DNA of 64,000 nt from a virus. The notes beneath the pieces were generated by a model, which made no database searches, was not told the origin of the DNA, and saw only the letters and a program-made list of their open reading frames with translations. The stretch is from positions 64,001 to 128,000 of IMG/VR virus record IMGVR_UViG_3300028840_005911; one strand, 5' to 3'. Below are positions 9,537 to 18,490 of this stretch, piece after piece (the stretch's first letter is position 1; each line of letters starts with the position of its first letter). The position numbers were made by a program, and so were the translations under genes.

Positions 9537-10231
9537 GCCGGGTGAGTCCGCCTGTTTTTGTCCGCACCGTCTTGTGCTCCCATCTTGGCGTGGAACTCGT
9601 TCCAGTCCCACAGAGGTCCTGGGTCGGACTTCCTACCCTGAGGGATAGCGATGTCCTCGTGCCCAACGATCCTATCGATGGGAATCTTGAGAAGATCGGA
9701 TAGGTACGCGCACAGGGTTACGCATGCCCCCATCTGCCTCTCGGAGTACGGCTCCCAGTAACCTTCGATGGCATACCCGGAGTCATATACCAAGGTAGCC
9801 GGGACAGGTTCCCCGTATTGCTCTCTTTTGTACCGCTTGACGTATCTTCCTCGACCAAGATAGTACTCATCCCCGGACTTGTGTAAGAGTCCGAAGTTGG
9901 CCATCTCGATTCCGATTGAGAATTCTCCGACATCTGATGTCATCTCCCCTTTATGCATCATCTCGGAGATCCCGGCGTGCCACGCCTTATGCTCGAGATC
10001 GACACATTGAACTATCTCCCCACCCCTGCCGATGATGAAATGCGCAGAGGCCCTGGACTCTTCCATGTTGAACCAGGTCCAGGTGCTTCTCAGGAAATGC
10101 CCTCCGGCGGTGTAGTGCAGGACGATAGCATCCGCGTGTGGGAATGCTTCCAGCTCACTTCCCCGCCGGAGACTGTAGTTGAACTCGACAGGCCTGTGGC
10201 TAAGCCAGTACTGTTCTATCCAGCAGCTCAT
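9533..10231 (-). CDS. N-acetylmuramoyl-L-alanine amidase (Amidase_2/AmpD-like)
   Basis: IVLHYTAG, ASAHFII, AWHAG, SIGIEM, IVGHEDIA...RKSDPGP motifs. Confidence 0.92.
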   Translation of the reverse strand: MSCWIEQYWLSHRPVEFNYSLRRGSELEAFPHADAIVLHYTAGGHFLRSTWTWFNMEESRASAHFIIGRGGEIVQCVDLEHKAWHAGISEMMHKGEMTSDVGEFSIGIEMANFGLLHKSGDEYYLGRGRYVKRYKREQYGEPVPATLVYDSGYAIEGYWEPYSERQMGACVTLCAYLSDLLKIPIDRIVGHEDIAIPQGRKSDPGPLWDWNEFHAKMGAQDGADKNRRTHPA

Positions 10232-10485
10232 AGCTTCACCTTCGTCACCCCTGCGAGGTAGTCCCTGAGTCCTTCGAACTTGTACTTCTCGCAGATGAGG
10301 TCGAGGACCATCTCGTGCATCTTGTCCTCAATGTCCGGGGTAGGATTCTTCCCGCTGAACTCCTCAGCGAGCTTCTTGTCCACCTCGGCGATGAGGTCCG
10401 CGTTGGCCGCAATGATGAACGGCATCCAAGCCCAGTCCACTTCGTAGGCCCCTGGCTTGTCCTTTATCGGCATTACGAGCTTCAT
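10228..10485 (-). CDS. hypothetical phage protein
   Basis: ATGA overlaps on both sides. Confidence 0.6.
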   Translation of the reverse strand: MKLVMPIKDKPGAYEVDWAWMPFIIAANADLIAEVDKKLAEEFSGKNPTPDIEDKMHEMVLDLICEKYKFEGLRDYLAGVTKVKL

Positions 10486-10811
10486 TCCTGGACCCCTATG
10501 ATGTCGTCCATGTGGATGAGGGCATGGTCCTTGTCCATCGGGCCCGGGCGGTTGGCCTCCTGCAGGAAGCCTCGGAAGACGACCCGGTCACCCTCTTTGA
10601 TCCCGGAGTGGGTGTACTTGGCCCTGATGGCTTTCTTGCCCTCGTTGAGCTTCCCTTCTCCCACCGAGAGGGCAATGCCCGTGGCATTACCGAACCGCTC
10701 CTCAGCGTTCCCGGCGGGCATGTAGATCCCGCCTTCCGTCTTCTCCGGTGGCTTGTCCACCTTGATCAAAATCCATGGGCCCTTGGCCTTGATCTTCGAG
10801 ATGTCGGTCAT
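10482..10811 (-). CDS. groES: co-chaperonin GroES
   Basis: WILIK..PPEKTEGGIYMP mobile loop, GIALSVGEG, GIKEGDRVVF, DDIIGV. Confidence 0.88.
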   Translation of the reverse strand: MTDISKIKAKGPWILIKVDKPPEKTEGGIYMPAGNAEERFGNATGIALSVGEGKLNEGKKAIRAKYTHSGIKEGDRVVFRGFLQEANRPGPMDKDHALIHMDDIIGVQE

Positions 10812-11143
10812 ACCTGCGCCACTCCCTCTTCGTCGATCTCGACACCCTCTTCGAACTGGACGATGCCGACATTCTCCAGGTGATCGCCCAGGGACTTGGT
10901 GAACCAGTCGCTGGGGTTCGAGCAGACGTTCAGTCCGGTGATCTTCTCCCGGAGGATGAAGAACTGCGAGAGACCCGGGATACGGAACACGACCTGGACC
11001 TTGGTCTTGCCCTCATGGTCGATGTATTCCACCAGAAGGGGTTCGAGACCTGCCACCCTCTTCACTTCTCGGACTCGGCCGGCATCCTTGTCGGCGGTCG
11101 CCATGACGAACTGAGGGGACACTGTCTGTGCTGATTCTGCCAT
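10808..11143 (-). CDS. hypothetical phage protein
   Basis: AAGGAG SD; ATGA overlap. Confidence 0.6.
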   Translation of the reverse strand: MAESAQTVSPQFVMATADKDAGRVREVKRVAGLEPLLVEYIDHEGKTKVQVVFRIPGLSQFFILREKITGLNVCSNPSDWFTKSLGDHLENVGIVQFEEGVEIDEEGVAQV

Positions 11144-11153
11144 CTTGTACTCC

Positions 11154-11402
11154 TTACGTTGGCGGTCTTTGTGTGAGCTCTTGCGTCACTGGGACGCACC
11201 CGCATGTCCGAACGATGGTGCTTACGGCACCGTCAGACACCGGGGTGTACTTGACTGGTTGGTTACACAGTGGGCAAATCTGCCCGCTATAGTTCAGAGG
11301 CTGCATAGGGGGGTCGGTATCCGACCGTCTCTTCAGCAGCTCGTCGAGCTTCTTCTCAATCCTGAGCGCGGACTTCAGGATTTCCATCAGGATCCAGTGC
11401 AT
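11154..11402 (-). CDS. small Zn-finger protein
   Basis: CPLC...CGC. Confidence 0.5.
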   Translation of the reverse strand: MHWILMEILKSALRIEKKLDELLKRRSDTDPPMQPLNYSGQICPLCNQPVKYTPVSDGAVSTIVRTCGCVPVTQELTQRPPT

Positions 11403-11817
11403 CTGGTCCCTCCACGTAGTACAGGCACGCTCCCTTACTCGAGGCGGCGAAGTGCATCTTCGTCCCGTCCTCGAGGGTCAGATTCTCCAGGATCACCCTC
11501 TTCGGGTCACCTGTCTCCTCCGCCTTCACCTCGACGACGTTCTTCGTCAGGAAGTTCCTCATGACGTTCTCGAGAGTTGCCGTGTCTTTGTCTGACGGGT
11601 GCCCGAAGCCCATCAATGAGCGGTAAAAAACAGAAAGGGGGATGTCTTCTGCCCCGGATTCCGGGGGTTTTCTATGTCTAACCATCCTGCCATTACACAG
11701 AGGAGTTATACATGGGAAGTTGATCCTCCACTCGTCCCTGTCCAGGATCTGGAACTCCTCCTTCTTCAAAGAGGTCATCCTGTAGGCTTTCCCACATGTC
11801 TGGCAGGACACGATCAT
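11356..11817 (-). CDS. hypothetical Zn-ribbon protein
   Basis: CQTCG...CITPLC. Confidence 0.6.
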   Translation of the reverse strand: MIVSCQTCGKAYRMTSLKKEEFQILDRDEWRINFPCITPLCNGRMVRHRKPPESGAEDIPLSVFYRSLMGFGHPSDKDTATLENVMRNFLTKNVVEVKAEETGDPKRVILENLTLEDGTKMHFAASSKGACLYYVEGPDALDPDGNPEVRAQD

Positions 11818-12110
11818 ATCGAGTCCACCTCGAGCTCGTCCGTGTACTCATCGTTGATCGGCAGGGAGCTGTAGTCGTCTATGTCGTCATCCTCCCCATT
11901 CTGCTCGGGCTCTTCGTAGGTCGGTTCTTGGGTATCCGCCTTGGCAGGGAGGGACTCCGACCACAGATAGATGGCCGCCTGGGTGAAATCCTCAGAGACC
12001 TCCACCATGAGCTCTTCCTTGCCGTTGGTGAGGATCACAGCCCTGGGGATCTCCGCCCCGGAATCCAGATCGAAGGTGTCTCCGATGATTCTTGATACGA
12101 TGACGCTCAT
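11814..12110 (-). CDS. hypothetical acidic protein
   Basis: ATGA overlaps. Confidence 0.6.
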   Translation of the reverse strand: MSVIVSRIIGDTFDLDSGAEIPRAVILTNGKEELMVEVSEDFTQAAIYLWSESLPAKADTQEPTYEEPEQNGEDDDIDDYSSLPINDEYTDELEVDSI

Positions 12111-12298
12111 TGTCTGATCTCCGGCGGCTCTGCGCTCTCAGGGAACAGGATCGTGGAGCGCTTCGAGCAGATGTCGTCGCGGATGTCCTTTATGGACTCG
12201 ATTCCTTCCACGATCTTGCATCCGTTGGTCTTGTTGTTGAAGGCCTGGCAGGTCTCTACACATCGAGCCCCTACCAGTATGCACGTCTTGTCTGTCAC
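12107..12298 (-). CDS. small Cys-rich protein
   Basis: ATGA overlaps; GGAG SD. Confidence 0.55.
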   Translation of the reverse strand: MTDKTCILVGARCVETCQAFNNKTNGCKIVEGIESIKDIRDDICSKRSTILFPESAEPPEIRQ

Positions 12299-12735
12299 CC
12301 GATTCTCCTATGCTTGTGGATTCTCCTGGACATCTCGGCTTCCTTGATCTTCTGAGCACCCTTTTTGAGCCTCGAATAGATGCTCTTGTGCTCGTTTGCC
12401 CTCCACAACGGCTTCACGTTAAATGCAACCTGGGAAGTCCACCGTTCCAGAGCCTGTTTGACGTCCTGCTCCTCTCTCGTCGTCATCTTCTGCATGTAGG
12501 GGAAGACCGAATCCGAATAGTCTTGGAATGCCTCTTGGAGGTTGCTCTTCTCCACATGCGGGGCTTGTATGGCCTCTATCAAGGCCCTGGTTTTCAGAAA
12601 TTCCGCTTCTTGCCTCCGCTTCGTGATGACCATGAAGACGGACTCCAGCAGGCTTCCGGGCGGTGGAGGGCCGTCCGATAAGTCGTATAAGGTGTTGGCG
12701 CGCAGCCATCCTACTGGAGTCTCTAGCCATTTTTT
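12295..12735 (-). CDS. -1 frameshift extension of 12723-13793 (lambda gpGT-like tail assembly chaperone, long form)
   Basis: No SD-bearing start of its own; entered by slippage on A-AAA-AAT at 12735-12729 giving ...VKKWLETPVGWLRAN. Confidence 0.65.
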   Translation of the reverse strand, partial: KKWLETPVGWLRANTLYDLSDGPPPPGSLLESVFMVITKRRQEAEFLKTRALIEAIQAPHVEKSNLQEAFQDYSDSVFPYMQKMTTREEQDVKQALERWTSQVAFNVKPLWRANEHKSIYSRLKKGAQKIKEAEMSRRIHKHRRIG

Positions 12736-13793
12736 ACGTTCTCGAAGGTCAGGAGTTTGTTGACACGCTCGTTGAACCAGTTGCACTGGATTCCGAGATC
12801 GGCAACGATCTGGACCGGCAGGCTGGTCAGTACCCGCATCTTGTTCTCGAAGCTGTCCCTGGTGATACTCTCGTCCTTCTGCCCGACCTTCTCCCTGTGC
12901 TCGGGCAGAGGGGCGCCGTTGATGGCCACCGTCGAGCAGACCAACTTGCAGGTGTTGAGGAGCTCTTCCACATACGCCTGGGAGCCCTGCTCCTCAAAGA
13001 CGTACTGCAGACAGAACAGATGCTCTCTCTGTCCGAAGGTCCGGAAGGTGGCTGTGAACTTTCCGGGGATGATCTCCACCATCTGCTGGATCTCCCGGCT
13101 AACGATGAGATCGGCAAGGTCCAGCTCCTCGAGGTTGTCCTCGATCTTCTTTCGGCGCTCGGGGCTGTAGAGCTGCTGCTGGACCCTTGACATGGTCCCG
13201 AAGTTGATGGGCAGATCGGATTCCGGCTCCATCACCGCACGCTCTACCTCCTCGAGGTCGTGCTTCTGGAACTCTGTCTCCTCGGAGACCTCTACCTTCT
13301 CCATGAGCTCGAGCGTCTCTTTGGAAAGTCCCTTCTCTTTCTCGCCCTGCTCAGCGCCCAGCTTCTTGGCCTGTGCCATGGTGATGGGCTTCTCGAGCTC
13401 TCCCCGGGCCATGGCCTGGTTCACTTCGTAGGCCGAGCCGATGCCCGGGATATTGGGCTGTTCGACCATGTCAGGGTGATTCGGAGGGGAAACCATCGGG
13501 AGCTCACTCGGAGGGAGCTCTTCGGGGGGACTGTCATCGAACTGCGGTCTGGGGACGAGCTTGTCCATCTTACCCGGCTCGATTGGATCGGCACCGCCCA
13601 AGGGGCCCTCCTTGCCCTTGATCTTGGATGCTTGCCTCTTCTTCTCCTTCACACGCTCCGCGTAGGACTCTGCCGTCTTCATCGGCCTGTCGGCCGGCTT
13701 CTCATTGGTCTCCATGATACCCAAGTTCTCCTTGATCTCCTCGGTGGTAGGACCAAACATGGTCGCACCCTGTTTACTGTCCTCCATATCCAT
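12723..13793 (-). CDS. probable tail assembly chaperone (gpG-like), long low-complexity N-terminus
   Basis: 356 aa acidic/Pro-rich N-terminus; ends in a canonical slippery heptamer two codons before its stop; function inferred from that architecture. Confidence 0.55.
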   Translation of the reverse strand: MDMEDSKQGATMFGPTTEEIKENLGIMETNEKPADRPMKTAESYAERVKEKKRQASKIKGKEGPLGGADPIEPGKMDKLVPRPQFDDSPPEELPPSELPMVSPPNHPDMVEQPNIPGIGSAYEVNQAMARGELEKPITMAQAKKLGAEQGEKEKGLSKETLELMEKVEVSEETEFQKHDLEEVERAVMEPESDLPINFGTMSRVQQQLYSPERRKKIEDNLEELDLADLIVSREIQQMVEIIPGKFTATFRTFGQREHLFCLQYVFEEQGSQAYVEELLNTCKLVCSTVAINGAPLPEHREKVGQKDESITRDSFENKMRVLTSLPVQIVADLGIQCNWFNERVNKLLTFENVKNG

Positions 13794-14070
13794 CCTCGTC
13801 GTCGGTGTCGTACAGTGGGCTCAGATCCAGAGGGATGAGAGATTTCTTGGACACTCCTCTCCCTGGCGTGGGGGGTACTATAGGGGAGACAGGACCGCTA
13901 ATCGGCCAGTCCTTCTTGCAACCGGCGCAGACGGCCCTCCGACCAGAGTGATTGGATATGATCCTTGCTTCCTTCCCGCACTCGCTGCAGTAGAACGCAG
14001 AGACCGGTATCCTCTCCTGGGCCTTTGCAGGTGCCGGTCCTGGAAGACCGTCTGGATCTTTGTCAGTCAT
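13774..14070 (-). CDS. small Zn-ribbon protein
   Basis: FYCSECG...VCAGCKK. Confidence 0.6.
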   Translation of the reverse strand: MTDKDPDGLPGPAPAKAQERIPVSAFYCSECGKEARIISNHSGRRAVCAGCKKDWPISGPVSPIVPPTPGRGVSKKSLIPLDLSPLYDTDDEDGYGGQ

Positions 14071-14542
14071 CTTCCCCCACGATGTACCTATGCTTGAGGG
14101 TCACGGTCACGATGCCTTCGGCAATCAGCTTGACCTTGATGATGAGACCGTCGATCAGGGAGAGGGGCCTCCCTTTGGTGGTGTGCAGGATGAGTCCGAC
14201 CAAACCCTCTACAGCCCATCCAAGATCTTCGGCGATGCACTCTATGGCGGGATCGCCCTTGATGAACCGGTCGATTGCTACTGAGTAGTTGGCTATCCTG
14301 ATGGACATCCGGTTCTTGAGTAAAAAAATGTTGGCTTCTTCGTCGTCGGAATTGATGCGCTTGAAGTCGGTACCCTTGATACTCTCTGCAAACTTCCTCT
14401 TGAGGTGGCCCGTCAGGAGGTCCTCTCCAAGCTGAGGATTCTCCAAGGTCAGCCTGAGTACTTCCGTGAAGTCAGGTATATTGACAGGGTCTGCGGCTTT
14501 CGGCTTTTCGCTTGAGAACTGCATGCTTGGAAGTCTATACAT
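14063..14542 (-). CDS. hypothetical phage protein
   Basis: ORF track. Confidence 0.6.
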   Translation of the reverse strand: MYRLPSMQFSSEKPKAADPVNIPDFTEVLRLTLENPQLGEDLLTGHLKRKFAESIKGTDFKRINSDDEEANIFLLKNRMSIRIANYSVAIDRFIKGDPAIECIAEDLGWAVEGLVGLILHTTKGRPLSLIDGLIIKVKLIAEGIVTVTLKHRYIVGEDD

Positions 14543-14556
14543 ACGTCATATGTATG

Positions 14557-14814
14557 TCAAATCTTTTGTGGCTGTTCTTTAATAACCTGCCGTAGTAACT
14601 GACCTTTCTTGTCGTAGACGGAACCACAGACCTGGCACTCGTACTCGTCACCGAGCTCGATCTCGTGGTCCACCATCCCACAGGCAGGGCACCTGACCAC
14701 GTGGCCCTTGTTCCCGCAGTGCCAGCACCCTACTCCCTGACACTTGGGGCAGGACTGGTAGCCGTCCTTCTGTCTCATCACCGACAACATCTCTCGCTCC
14801 AACGTCGGCACCAC
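14557..14814 (-). CDS. multi-CxxC Zn-finger protein
   Basis: CPKCQG.GCWHCG...CPACG...CQVCG. Confidence 0.6.
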   Translation of the reverse strand: MVPTLEREMLSVMRQKDGYQSCPKCQGVGCWHCGNKGHVVRCPACGMVDHEIELGDEYECQVCGSVYDKKGQLLRQVIKEQPQKI

Positions 14815-14866
14815 GACCCGGGTTGCCCCAGGCCGTGGTGCCGCTCAGAGGGGGAAAGGAAGATCG

Positions 14867-15829
14867 CTAGCTATTGTCTACAGATTCGACCAACCTGTCA
14901 ATGATTTCATCTCGAAGACTGGGGTTTCTCTCAAGGGTCTCGATAGACTGCTTCGTGCCGGTCCCGATCCACCTGCCGTCGAAGTATATCTTGCCCCGGT
15001 CGTTTTCGAGCACTCCATAGGACACGGCCACGGAGACTATGTCATCCTGGAGCTCGATGCCCTTCCCCTTCACTACCCGGACATCCACCCAGCACGACGG
15101 CTTACCCACCAGAGACTTCATCACCTCAATGGACAGGGTGTAGCCTTTGACCCCGATGGGGCTCCTATCGGCCTTGGTGAGCCTCAGAATGGCGCTCATG
15201 AGACTATCGAACCTCTTCAAGTCACTGCGTATCTCCTTGGTGTACGTTTCGTCCTTGTAGGCCGATCTGAGCTGTCTGACCTGTGATGTGAGGACAAGGG
15301 AGCACCCCTTTTTGGCGGACCCCATGTCACTCACTATCTCCTCTACCAAGTCGGCCCAGTCCCAGTAATCGGTCCTATCGATGTGGAGGGCGGATATCGA
15401 ATCGATGACCGCTACGGAGTTCTCCTCTGAGAAGAAGTCCCTCAGGAACTCGAGGAGCTCCTTCTTGGTCTTCCACGGGACCAGTGGCAGGGCATCTAGA
15501 TCCACACCTATCTCTTTGAGGTACCACCCATCCCAGTACTCGGCAGCCACCATGGCTGTCCGATACCCGGTCTTTTGGGCTGTGGTCAGGATATGGCCGG
15601 CCATGAGGGTCTTGCCGGCCGCTGGCCCTCCGTAGATACACGTTGCCCCGGCGGGTAGAGCTCCGCCAAGTAGGATATCCAGACTGAGGATGCCTGTCCT
15701 CGATGACAGGTCGCTGACTATCTGTCTTTCCTCTGTCAATTTGTCAATTTGTCTACCTGACAGGCGCCCAAGGGCTTCTGAAGCCGCCGGGAACTCATCC
15801 AAAAATTGGTCTTCTAGCTTGGAACCCAT
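14867..15829 (-). CDS. recA: RecA/UvsX-like recombinase
   Basis: TGILSLDILLGG, Walker A GGPAAGKT, Walker B VAVIDSISAL, LTSQVR; SD AAGGAGGTG before ATG 15829. Confidence 0.85.
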   Translation of the reverse strand: MGSKLEDQFLDEFPAASEALGRLSGRQIDKLTEERQIVSDLSSRTGILSLDILLGGALPAGATCIYGGPAAGKTLMAGHILTTAQKTGYRTAMVAAEYWDGWYLKEIGVDLDALPLVPWKTKKELLEFLRDFFSEENSVAVIDSISALHIDRTDYWDWADLVEEIVSDMGSAKKGCSLVLTSQVRQLRSAYKDETYTKEIRSDLKRFDSLMSAILRLTKADRSPIGVKGYTLSIEVMKSLVGKPSCWVDVRVVKGKGIELQDDIVSVAVSYGVLENDRGKIYFDGRWIGTGTKQSIETLERNPSLRDEIIDRLVESVDNS

Positions 15830-15857
15830 AGTAATCACCTCCTTTTGTTTCATATTC

Positions 15858-15885
15858 CTTATAGCAAAAACCCGGTCCGTTTTCG
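15858..15885 (-). promoter_or_regulatory. phage promoter motif upstream of recA
   Basis: Minus strand GAAAAC-N15-TATAAGGAATATGA. Confidence 0.55.
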
Positions 15886-15936
15886 TCATAAGTAAATTGT
15901 GGAGAGAAACCTTTACACCCATAGGAGGGAAGACGC

Positions 15937-16782
15937 ATGGAAATGGCAGAACAAGCTCGGAGGGTAATTTCATGTGACGAGGGGGACCTCGAGTCAGTTG
16001 CAGAAGAGCTGGGTATCGATTTCGAGGTGGCCCAAAACACCAGAGAGTACTGGCGTGCGCGAATGGAGGGACGCTGTGTACTGTGTGGGACGGTATCCAA
16101 GACGGAGATGTGCAAGAAGTGTGCGCCAGATGGGGTAGAGCCCCTCGCAGAGTTCCCTGACATCCTCAAGGACATGAACGGGAACAGGACACTGATCTCC
16201 AAGACGTGCTCGGGGTGCAAGAAGACCAGGAATCTACGTGTGCGGTACGTCCTGGACATGCACGAAAAGTACGGATCCAAGTTCTTCAGGAACCCGAAGT
16301 GGCTATGCAAGGAGTGCTTCAGGAAGAAAGCGAAGGAACGGAACCTCAACCTCAAACACCAACCTTTCAAGTGTCTCGAAGGCAAAATAGCCGCGAAAAT
16401 GGAAAAAATCGAGGGCAATACTGGTATAAGAAAAGTGGAAGGAAAGTGCACCCTTAACACCCCCTCTGAGGAGGGGAAGGAGGAAGTCATGGCAGCAACC
16501 GCAACGAAAGCAAGTCCAGTGTCAGAACACTTCGAGGCCGCCCTCGAGAACCTCAAGTCGGACAACGACGAGGTCCGCAAGATGGCACGCGCCGAGTGCC
16601 GTCAGAGCCTGAACTACGTCGAGCAGGGCATGTCCCTGGCTCCGCGCCTCTGCCACAAGGCCGAGTTCAGCACCCCCATCGTGTCCGACATCATCTCGGT
16701 CGGCAAGCCCCTCGCCTACGCCGGCGGCATCTACGCGGGTGTCAAGGGCATCATGACCGTCGTCGAGTGGCTCCGCGCCTGA
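15937..16782 (+). CDS. Zn-finger protein in frame with a nested downstream gene
   Basis: Three CxxC pairs; no stop before internal promoter, SD and ATG at 16489. Confidence 0.55.
   Translation: MEMAEQARRVISCDEGDLESVAEELGIDFEVAQNTREYWRARMEGRCVLCGTVSKTEMCKKCAPDGVEPLAEFPDILKDMNGNRTLISKTCSGCKKTRNLRVRYVLDMHEKYGSKFFRNPKWLCKECFRKKAKERNLNLKHQPFKCLEGKIAAKMEKIEGNTGIRKVEGKCTLNTPSEEGKEEVMAATATKASPVSEHFEAALENLKSDNDEVRKMARAECRQSLNYVEQGMSLAPRLCHKAEFSTPIVSDIISVGKPLAYAGGIYAGVKGIMTVVEWLRA
16489..16782 (+). CDS. small, probably highly expressed hypothetical protein (nested start)
   Basis: Promoter motif at 16404-16430, SD GAAGGAGG, strongly C/G-ending codons, terminator 16820-16848. Confidence 0.6.
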   Translation: MAATATKASPVSEHFEAALENLKSDNDEVRKMARAECRQSLNYVEQGMSLAPRLCHKAEFSTPIVSDIISVGKPLAYAGGIYAGVKGIMTVVEWLRA

Positions 16783-16851
16783 CCCCCTCCTTCCCGGACA
16801 TCTCCGGAAAATCCCACTAAAGAGAGCCCACCAGCTCTCTTTTTAGCCTTC

Positions 16852-16879
16852 GAAAATACGAGCACCTTTCTGGTATAAG
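16852..16879 (+). promoter_or_regulatory. phage promoter motif
   Basis: GAAAAT-N16-TATAAG. Confidence 0.7.
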
Positions 16880-16974
16880 AACTATGGAGAGGTGACTTTC
16901 TCCTATGGGTGGGCGAGGAGCGGATCCACAACGGACCGCTCCTTTGCCTTACTATTCATCTTCCGGAGGGTACT

Positions 16975-17469
16975 ATGCGAGAATCTTGGGACCGATACTT
17001 CATGAACATCGCCGAGCTCGTATCTACGAGGGCGACCTGCGTGCGCAGGAAGGTCGGCGCGGTCATCGTAAGGGACAAGAACATTTTGGCGACAGGGTAT
17101 AATGGAGCTCCTCGAAGAGTGGAACACTGCACAGACGAGACCTGTCTTAGGCAGAAGCTCAACATCCCATCCGGTGAGAGGCATGAGATTTGCCGGGCCG
17201 TCCATGCCGAACAGAATGCCATCATCCAGGCCGCCCGCCATGGTGTAGCAGTCAATGGCGCGTCTTTGTACATCACAGTCTTCCCGTGCTCCATTTGCGC
17301 AAAGATGATCATCAACTCTGGGATCTCGAAGATCTACTTCGAAGGCGACTATGGAGATGCCAGGTCTACGAGCCAATCGTACGAATATCTCTGGCAGTAC
17401 AGCTCTTGTGAGCTTTACCGGGTTAAAGAGGACGGTACTACCGTACTGACGTTCCCGAAACCCAAGTAA
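16975..17469 (+). CDS. dCMP deaminase (ComEB-like)
   Basis: [52 protein letters not shown]. Confidence 0.93.
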   Translation: MRESWDRYFMNIAELVSTRATCVRRKVGAVIVRDKNILATGYNGAPRRVEHCTDETCLRQKLNIPSGERHEICRAVHAEQNAIIQAARHGVAVNGASLYITVFPCSICAKMIINSGISKIYFEGDYGDARSTSQSYEYLWQYSSCELYRVKEDGTTVLTFPKPK

Positions 17470-17495
17470 AATCCGGCGTGGTCTTCCGATATAAG
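17467..17495 (+). promoter_or_regulatory. phage promoter motif
   Basis: TAAAAT-N17-TATAAG. Confidence 0.75.
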
Positions 17496-17574
17496 AACTA
17501 TGAACAGAAGGGCAGTGCAGCAAAACCGGGAAGGTAGGGCGCTGCAAAAGGTTACGCACCCAAAGGAGGATCAA

Positions 17575-18393
17575 ATGAAAGACTTCAGAGTGAAGGTGAG
17601 AGCCTACAATAATAGGTTGCTCGAGAGGCGGGAAAAGTTAGGACTATCTCAAAAGGCCTTGGCAGCGCAGGCTGGGATACCTGCCGGAGAGTACAACAAG
17701 TACGAGAATATGCGGAAGACGGCGTGGAACCCAAAAAAGAATAACTGGAGGCCGGATGCGGTTAAACTGGCTGCATTCCATGATGTATCCGAGTTCGATC
17801 TATTTCCCGAATCTCTCAAGATGATCGAAGCGCGTCCTGTGGAGATGGAGGTAGATGCCTGCGAGGTAGAGGCCTTGATGGGAGCCTCCATACCAACCCC
17901 ACATAAAGCTCTCGAATCTTCCGACCTGAACACAAAGGTCAGAGAAGTCATCTCTACACTCACCCCAAGAGAAGAAAAGGTAATCAGGGCACATTTCGGG
18001 ATAGGAGAGGATGAGCGGACATTTGAGGAGATCGGTGAAGAATTCGGTGTTGGCAGAAACAGAATACGTCAGATAGAGTGCAAAGCCCTTCGTAAACTAC
18101 GTCACCCACACCGGGCTAAACGTCTGATAGATTACTGTGAAGAAGGACCAGCGCCAAAGCCCAAAGAACCAAAACCTAGACCTCCTACTCCAAAAGAGCT
18201 GGCTCTAGAAAAGTTTCACGCATACGGACACAAAGAACGTAGTATGGGGTGGGCCTATCACTTCCGCTTCAGAAACTTCTATTTTCTGAAGTGCCGAACG
18301 TGCGGACGCAGGGCTTATGCAAAACGGAGAAATGGAAGGATGATGATCTTTGGGGAAGCCCTCAACGTCAAATGTGGTAAGTACCTTCCGTAA
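17575..18393 (+). CDS. XRE-HTH plus sigma70 region-4 HTH protein
   Basis: RREKLGLSQKALAAQAGI (XRE); LTPREEKVIRAHFGIG..RTFEEIGEEFGVGRNRIRQIECKALRKLRHP (sigma r4). Confidence 0.82.
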   Translation: MKDFRVKVRAYNNRLLERREKLGLSQKALAAQAGIPAGEYNKYENMRKTAWNPKKNNWRPDAVKLAAFHDVSEFDLFPESLKMIEARPVEMEVDACEVEALMGASIPTPHKALESSDLNTKVREVISTLTPREEKVIRAHFGIGEDERTFEEIGEEFGVGRNRIRQIECKALRKLRHPHRAKRLIDYCEEGPAPKPKEPKPRPPTPKELALEKFHAYGHKERSMGWAYHFRFRNFYFLKCRTCGRRAYAKRRNGRMMIFGEALNVKCGKYLP

Positions 18394-18395
18394 TC

Positions 18396-18490
18396 GGTGG
18401 ATAGCTTGAGAGTTTGTTGGTGGGTCGATTGGACTAGCGAACGGTTAGATGCTGGTTCGCTGGGAAGAGAGCCTTGTGCTCTCTTTTACC
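18396..18490 (+). ncRNA. (GNNN)n array A plus terminator hairpin
   Basis: G at 8/8 positions 18396-18424, then 11/13 at 18419-18467 after a 1-nt phase slip; hairpin GAAGAGAGC/GCTCTCTT. Confidence 0.65.
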
